DNA of 64,000 nt from the human T2T-CHM13v2.0 reference genome, Homo sapiens. Location: NCBI RefSeq assembly GCF_009914755.1, contig NC_060948.1; one strand, written 5' to 3'. The position numbers and the translations under genes were made by a program. Positions 58,217 to 64,000 of the stretch are shown piece by piece; position 1 is the stretch's first letter; every line of letters begins with the position of its first letter. Below the pieces are notes generated by a model that saw only the letters and a list, made by a program, of their open reading frames with translations, had not been told where the DNA came from and did not search any database.

Positions 58217-60344
58217 AGATCCATATTTTTTAAATGAAAAAAAATTTCAAAGGTACTCTGCTTGGTACAATAATCAAATGTATAAACTGAGGAATAAAAC
58301 ATAACCAAGAAACCTACTTATAACTGCATATGGAAAATACAGAGGATAATTTTTTAAATAACATACTTTGAAAGCCTTAACTAGTAATTTGAAGAGCTGG
58401 CATTTGAAAGGCCAGTATGAATATACCTTCAAAGCAGCAACACAGGTTCCCCATGAGAAAAAGCAAACACAGGGAAAATAAAACCACAAAGGTTCAATCT
58501 CTTCTGACCTTTGAAAGACACAGCACAGACAGTGGTCCTTAGGACGAAGAGCAGGAGACCCCTAATTCCGTCACCATGGCGATAGGGCATAAACATTGCT
58601 GGGTGAGGGCACAATCCACATTGTGAGGTCCAACTGCTGCCAGGAAGACAGGAGTGCTTTTACATAGACCGAAAGGTCATTGAAGGCTCAGAGTTTTCTT
58701 TCAAGAACTGAATCCCAAGCCCACACGTTATTAGGCTGCGCTTCTTAAAACAAGTTATGAGATGGGAAAAAGGGCACCCACAAACATACGTATACATTAT
58801 GTATATAATAATATACAGTATCATATATATAATATATATAACCTATGTATAATATTGTTTTACATCCTGCATCTTATGTTATATATATTGTATAAAATAT
58901 AATAATTGATAATATATAAGTTTTATAATTATACAATATGACATATAGTATATATTATAATTTATGACATATATAATATATGTTATATGTCATATATAGA
59001 ATATATTATACGGTTAATATACGTATTAAATATAAATTATACATTATATATATTATATATAATATATCTGTTATATATAATACCCATTATGCATAATATA
59101 TATATTATGTCTATGTTATATATAGTATAAAACAACATATAATAATATATAATTGTATATATAAAATGCGACATAAAATATATATTATATTTTATTACAT
59201 ATGTAATATATATTATATATTATATATAATACGTTGTATGTATAATACCTATATTAAATATATATTATATGACTATGTTATTAATTACATGTCACATGCG
59301 TTATATATTATATATTTTACATAGAATATACCGGTTACATACAATATATACTATGTTACCTATAATGTATAATTTATTACATGTAAAATAAAGAATGCAA
59401 TATATTATGTAAAATTTATAATATACCATATGTGGAATGTGATATATATAACGTATAATATATGATATATGATGTACAGTATATGATATATAACATACAA
59501 TATATGATTCCTAATATATATGGTATACAATATATATTTTATGTTATGTATTCTATATGTTTTATATTCTGTTATATATAACTATTTGAAATTATATATA
59601 ACTGTATAATATTTTATGTAAATATGTAATATAATATATATAACTATATAATATATTATATATAACTATATATTATGTTATATATACTTTTATAACATAA
59701 TTTACATAAAATATCATAATATAATATATATTATATTATTTCATATTACATAATATATATTACATATCACCCAATATAACTAACATACATAATATTATAA
59801 TATAGATTATATTATGTTATATTAAATATCATATATATCATGTATCATATATTCTATAATATATATTACACCTTATATAATATGTATGTTGTCTATTATG
59901 TGATATATATAACTATATATATAATTATATTTTTATACATATAACTAGATAAACATGTAATTCTACATATTTCCATTTATAATATGTAGAATTATATAAT
60001 CATATATAATTATTTATATTCTATAAAAAATTTTATCATTATATAAATTATAATATATAAAAATTATAATATGTACTACAAATATATATATTATATATCA
60101 TATATGATATAGTACCTTTGTTATATATCATAATACATATAAATGTGTATTATGTTATCTATAATTATATAATTTCATATATAAGATGTATAATATGTAT
60201 CATATATTATATATGTTATGTAATATATATAGTATATATAAGATGACACAGGATAAATATTATATACTATGACATATAAAATATATGAGGTTATATGTTA
60301 CATATAAGTCATAGCACATAACATGTAATATATATCATATATAA

Positions 60345-60636
60345 TTTTTTTTTAGACAGAATCTTGTCCTGTTGCACAGGGTGGGGTACAATGGCGCCAT
60401 CTTTGCTCACTGCAACTTCTGCCTCACGGGTCCAAGCGATTGTCCTCCCTCAGCCTCCCAGGGAGCTGGGACTACACCACACTGGGACTACACCAGCTGC
60501 CACCATGCCTAGCTAATTTTTTGGATTTTTAGTAGTGACAGCGTTTCACTGTATTGGCCAGGATGGTCTTGATCTCTTCACCTTGTGATCCCCTTGCCTT
60601 GGCCTCCAAATTTGCTGGGATTACAGACCTGAGCCA
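60345..60636 (-). mobile_element. Alu relic, unit 26
   Basis: Near-identical copy of 2344-2635. Confidence 0.95.
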
Positions 60637-62764
60637 AGATCCATCTTTTTTAAATGAAAAAAAATTTCTAAGGTACTCTGCTTGGTACAATAATCAAATG
60701 TATAAACTGAGGAATAAAACATAACCATGAAACCTACTTATAACTGCATATGGAAAATACAGAGGATAATTTTTTAAATAACATATTTTGAAAGCCTTAA
60801 CTAGTAATTTGAAGAGCTGGCATTTGAAAGGCCAGTATGAATATACCTTCAAAGCAGCAACACAGGTTCCCCATGAGAAAAAGCAAACACAGGGAAAATA
60901 AAACCACAAAGGTTCAATCTCTTCTGACCTTTGAAAGACACAGCACAGACAGTGGTCCTTAGGACGAAGAGCAGGAGACCCCTAATTCCGTCACCATGGC
61001 GATAGGGCATAAACATTGCTGGGTGAGGGCACAATCCACATTGTGAGGTCCAACTGCTGCCAGGAAGACAGGAGTGCTTTTACATAGACCGAAAGGTCAT
61101 TGAAGGCTCAGAGTTTTCTTTCAAGAACTGAATCCCAAGCCCACACGTTATTAGGCTGCGCTTCTTAAAACAAGTTATGAGATGGGAAAAAGGGCACCCA
61201 CAAACATACGTATACATTATGTATATAATAATATACAGTATCATATATATAATATATATAACCTATGTATAATATTGTTTTACATACTGCATCTTATGTT
61301 ATATATATTGTATAAAATATAATAATTGATAATATATAAGTTTTATAATTATACAATATGACATATAGTATATATTATAATTTATGACATATATAATATA
61401 TGTTATATGTCATATATAGAATATATTATACGGTTAATATACGTATTAAATATAAATTATACATTATATATATTATATATAATATATCTGTTATATATAA
61501 TACCCATTATGCATAATATATATATTATGTCTATATTATATATAGTATAAAACAACATATAATAATATATAATTGTATATATAAAATGCGACATATAATA
61601 TATATTATATTTTATAACATATGTAATATATATTATATATTATATATAATACGTTGTATGTATAATACCTATATTAAATATATATTATATGACTATGTTA
61701 TTAATTACGTGTCACATGTGTTATATATTATATATTTTACATAGAATATACCGGTTACATACAATATATACTATGTTACCTATAATGTATAATTTATTAC
61801 ATGTAAAATAAACAATGCAATATATTATGTATAATTTATAATATACAATATGTGGAATGTGATATATATAACATATAATATATGATATATGATATACAGT
61901 ATATGATATATAACATACAATATATGATTCCTAATATATATGGTATACAATATATATTTTATGTTATGTATTCTATATGTTTTATATTCTGTTATATATA
62001 ACTATTTGAAATTATATATAACTGTATAATATTTTATGTAAATATGTAATATAATATATATAACTATATAATATATTGTATATAACTATATATTATGTTA
62101 TATATACTTTTATAACATAATTTACATAAAATATCATAATATAATATATATTATATTATTTCATATTACATAATATATATTACATATCACCCAATATAAC
62201 TAACATACATAATATTATAATATAGATTATATTGTGTTATATTAAATATCATATATATCATGTATCATATATTCTATAATATATATTACACATTATATAA
62301 TATGTATGTTGTCTATTATGTGATATATATAACTATATATATAATTATATTTTTATACATATAACTAGATAAACATGTAATTCTACATATTTTCATTTAT
62401 AATATGTATAATTATATAATCATATATAATTATTTATATTCTATAAAAAATTTTATCATTATATAAATTATAATATATAAAAATTATAATATGTACTACA
62501 AATATATATATTATATATCATATATGATATAGTACTATTGTTATATTTCATAATACATATAAATGTGTATTATGTTATCTATAATTATATAATTTCATAT
62601 AAAAGATGTATAATATGTATCATAAATTATATATGTTGTGTAATATATATAGTATATATAAGATGACACAGGATAAATATTATATACTATGACATATAAA
62701 ATATATGAGGTTATATGTTACATATAAGGCATAGCACATAACATGTAATATATATCATATATAA

Positions 62765-63056
62765 TTTTTTTTTAGACAGAATCTTGTCCTGTTGCACAGG
62801 GTGGGGTACAATGGCGCCATCTTTGCTGACTGCAAATTCTGCCTCACGGGTCCAAGCGATTGTCCTCCCTCAGCCTCCCAGGTAGCTGGGACTACACCAC
62901 ACTGGGACTACACCAGCTGCCACCATGCCTAGCTAATTTTTTTGATTTTTAGTAGTGACAGCGTTTCACTGTATTGGCCAGGATGGTCTTGATCTCTTCA
63001 CCTTGTGATCCCCTTGCCTTGGCCTCCAAATTTGCTGGGATTACAGGCCTGAGCCA
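62765..63056 (-). mobile_element. Alu relic, unit 27
   Basis: Near-identical copy of 2344-2635. Confidence 0.95.
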
Positions 63057-64000
63057 AGATCCATATTTTTTAAATGAAAAAAAATTTCAAAGGTACTCTG
63101 CTTGGTACAATAATCAAATGTATAAACTGAGGAATAAAACATAACCATGAAACCTACTTATAACTGCATATGGAAAATACAGAGGATAATTTTTTAAATA
63201 ACATATTTTGAAAGCCTTAACTAGTAATTTGAAGAGTTGGCATTTGAAAGGCCAGTATGAATATACCTTCAAAGCAGCAACACAGGTTCCCCATGAGAAA
63301 AAGCAAACACAGGGAAAATAAAAACACAAAGGTTCAATCTCTTCTGACCTTTGAAAGACACAGCACAGACAGTGGTCCTTAGGACGAAGAGCAGGAGACC
63401 CCTAATTCCGTCACCATGGCGATAGGGCATAAACATTGCTGGGTGAGGGCACAATCCACATTGTGAGGTCCAACTGCTGCCAGGAAGACAGGAGTGCTTT
63501 TACATAGACCGAAAGGTCATTGAAGGCTCAGAGTTTTGTTTCAAGAACTGAATCCCAAGCCCACACGTTATTAGGCTGCGCTTCTTAAAACAAGTTATGA
63601 GATGGGAAAAAGGGCACCCACAAACATACGTATACATTATGTATATAATAATATACAGTATCATATATATAATATATATAACCTATGTATAATATTGTTT
63701 TACATCCTGCATCTAATGTTATATATATTGTATAAAATATAATAATTGATAATATATAAGTTTTATAATTATACAATATGACATATAGTATATATTATAA
63801 TTTATGACATATATAATATATGTTATATGTCATATATAGAATATATTATACGGTTAATATATGTATTAAATATAAATTATACATTATATATATTATATAT
63901 AATATATCTGTTATATATAATACCCATTATGCATAATATATATATTATGTCTATGTTATATATAGCATAAAACAACATATAATAATATATAATTTTATAT

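Overview
The whole window is one uninterrupted head-to-tail tandem array of a ~2.41-2.42 kb composite unit: about 26.5 periods, with 27 copies of the GC-richer part, all in one orientation. Each unit has three parts: (i) a diverged, 5'-truncated Alu on the minus strand (~290 bp, with an internal 16-bp tandem duplication), (ii) a ~570-bp moderately GC segment of the HSATI type, and (iii) a ~1.55-kb extremely AT-rich, degenerate (TA)n-like tract. This architecture, the period and a predicted ~2.14-kb HaeIII fragment identify it as the human DYZ2/HSat1B satellite. It most likely comes from Yq12 heterochromatin, although smaller HSat1B arrays on acrocentric short arms cannot be excluded from sequence alone. 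There are no credible genes: all listed ORFs are chance frames repeated with the unit. I do not see a previously undescribed biological system. The informative signal is array evolution: a sharp 2413-to-2420 bp unit switch caused by a 7-bp duplication at ~25.35 kb, more diverged units at that boundary, variation concentrated in the AT-rich part, and mosaic sharing of variant haplotypes between non-adjacent units. Units are numbered from the Alu T-tract (unit 1 is partial at the left edge, unit 2 starts at 2344). All variant calls were made by eye and should be confirmed by alignment.
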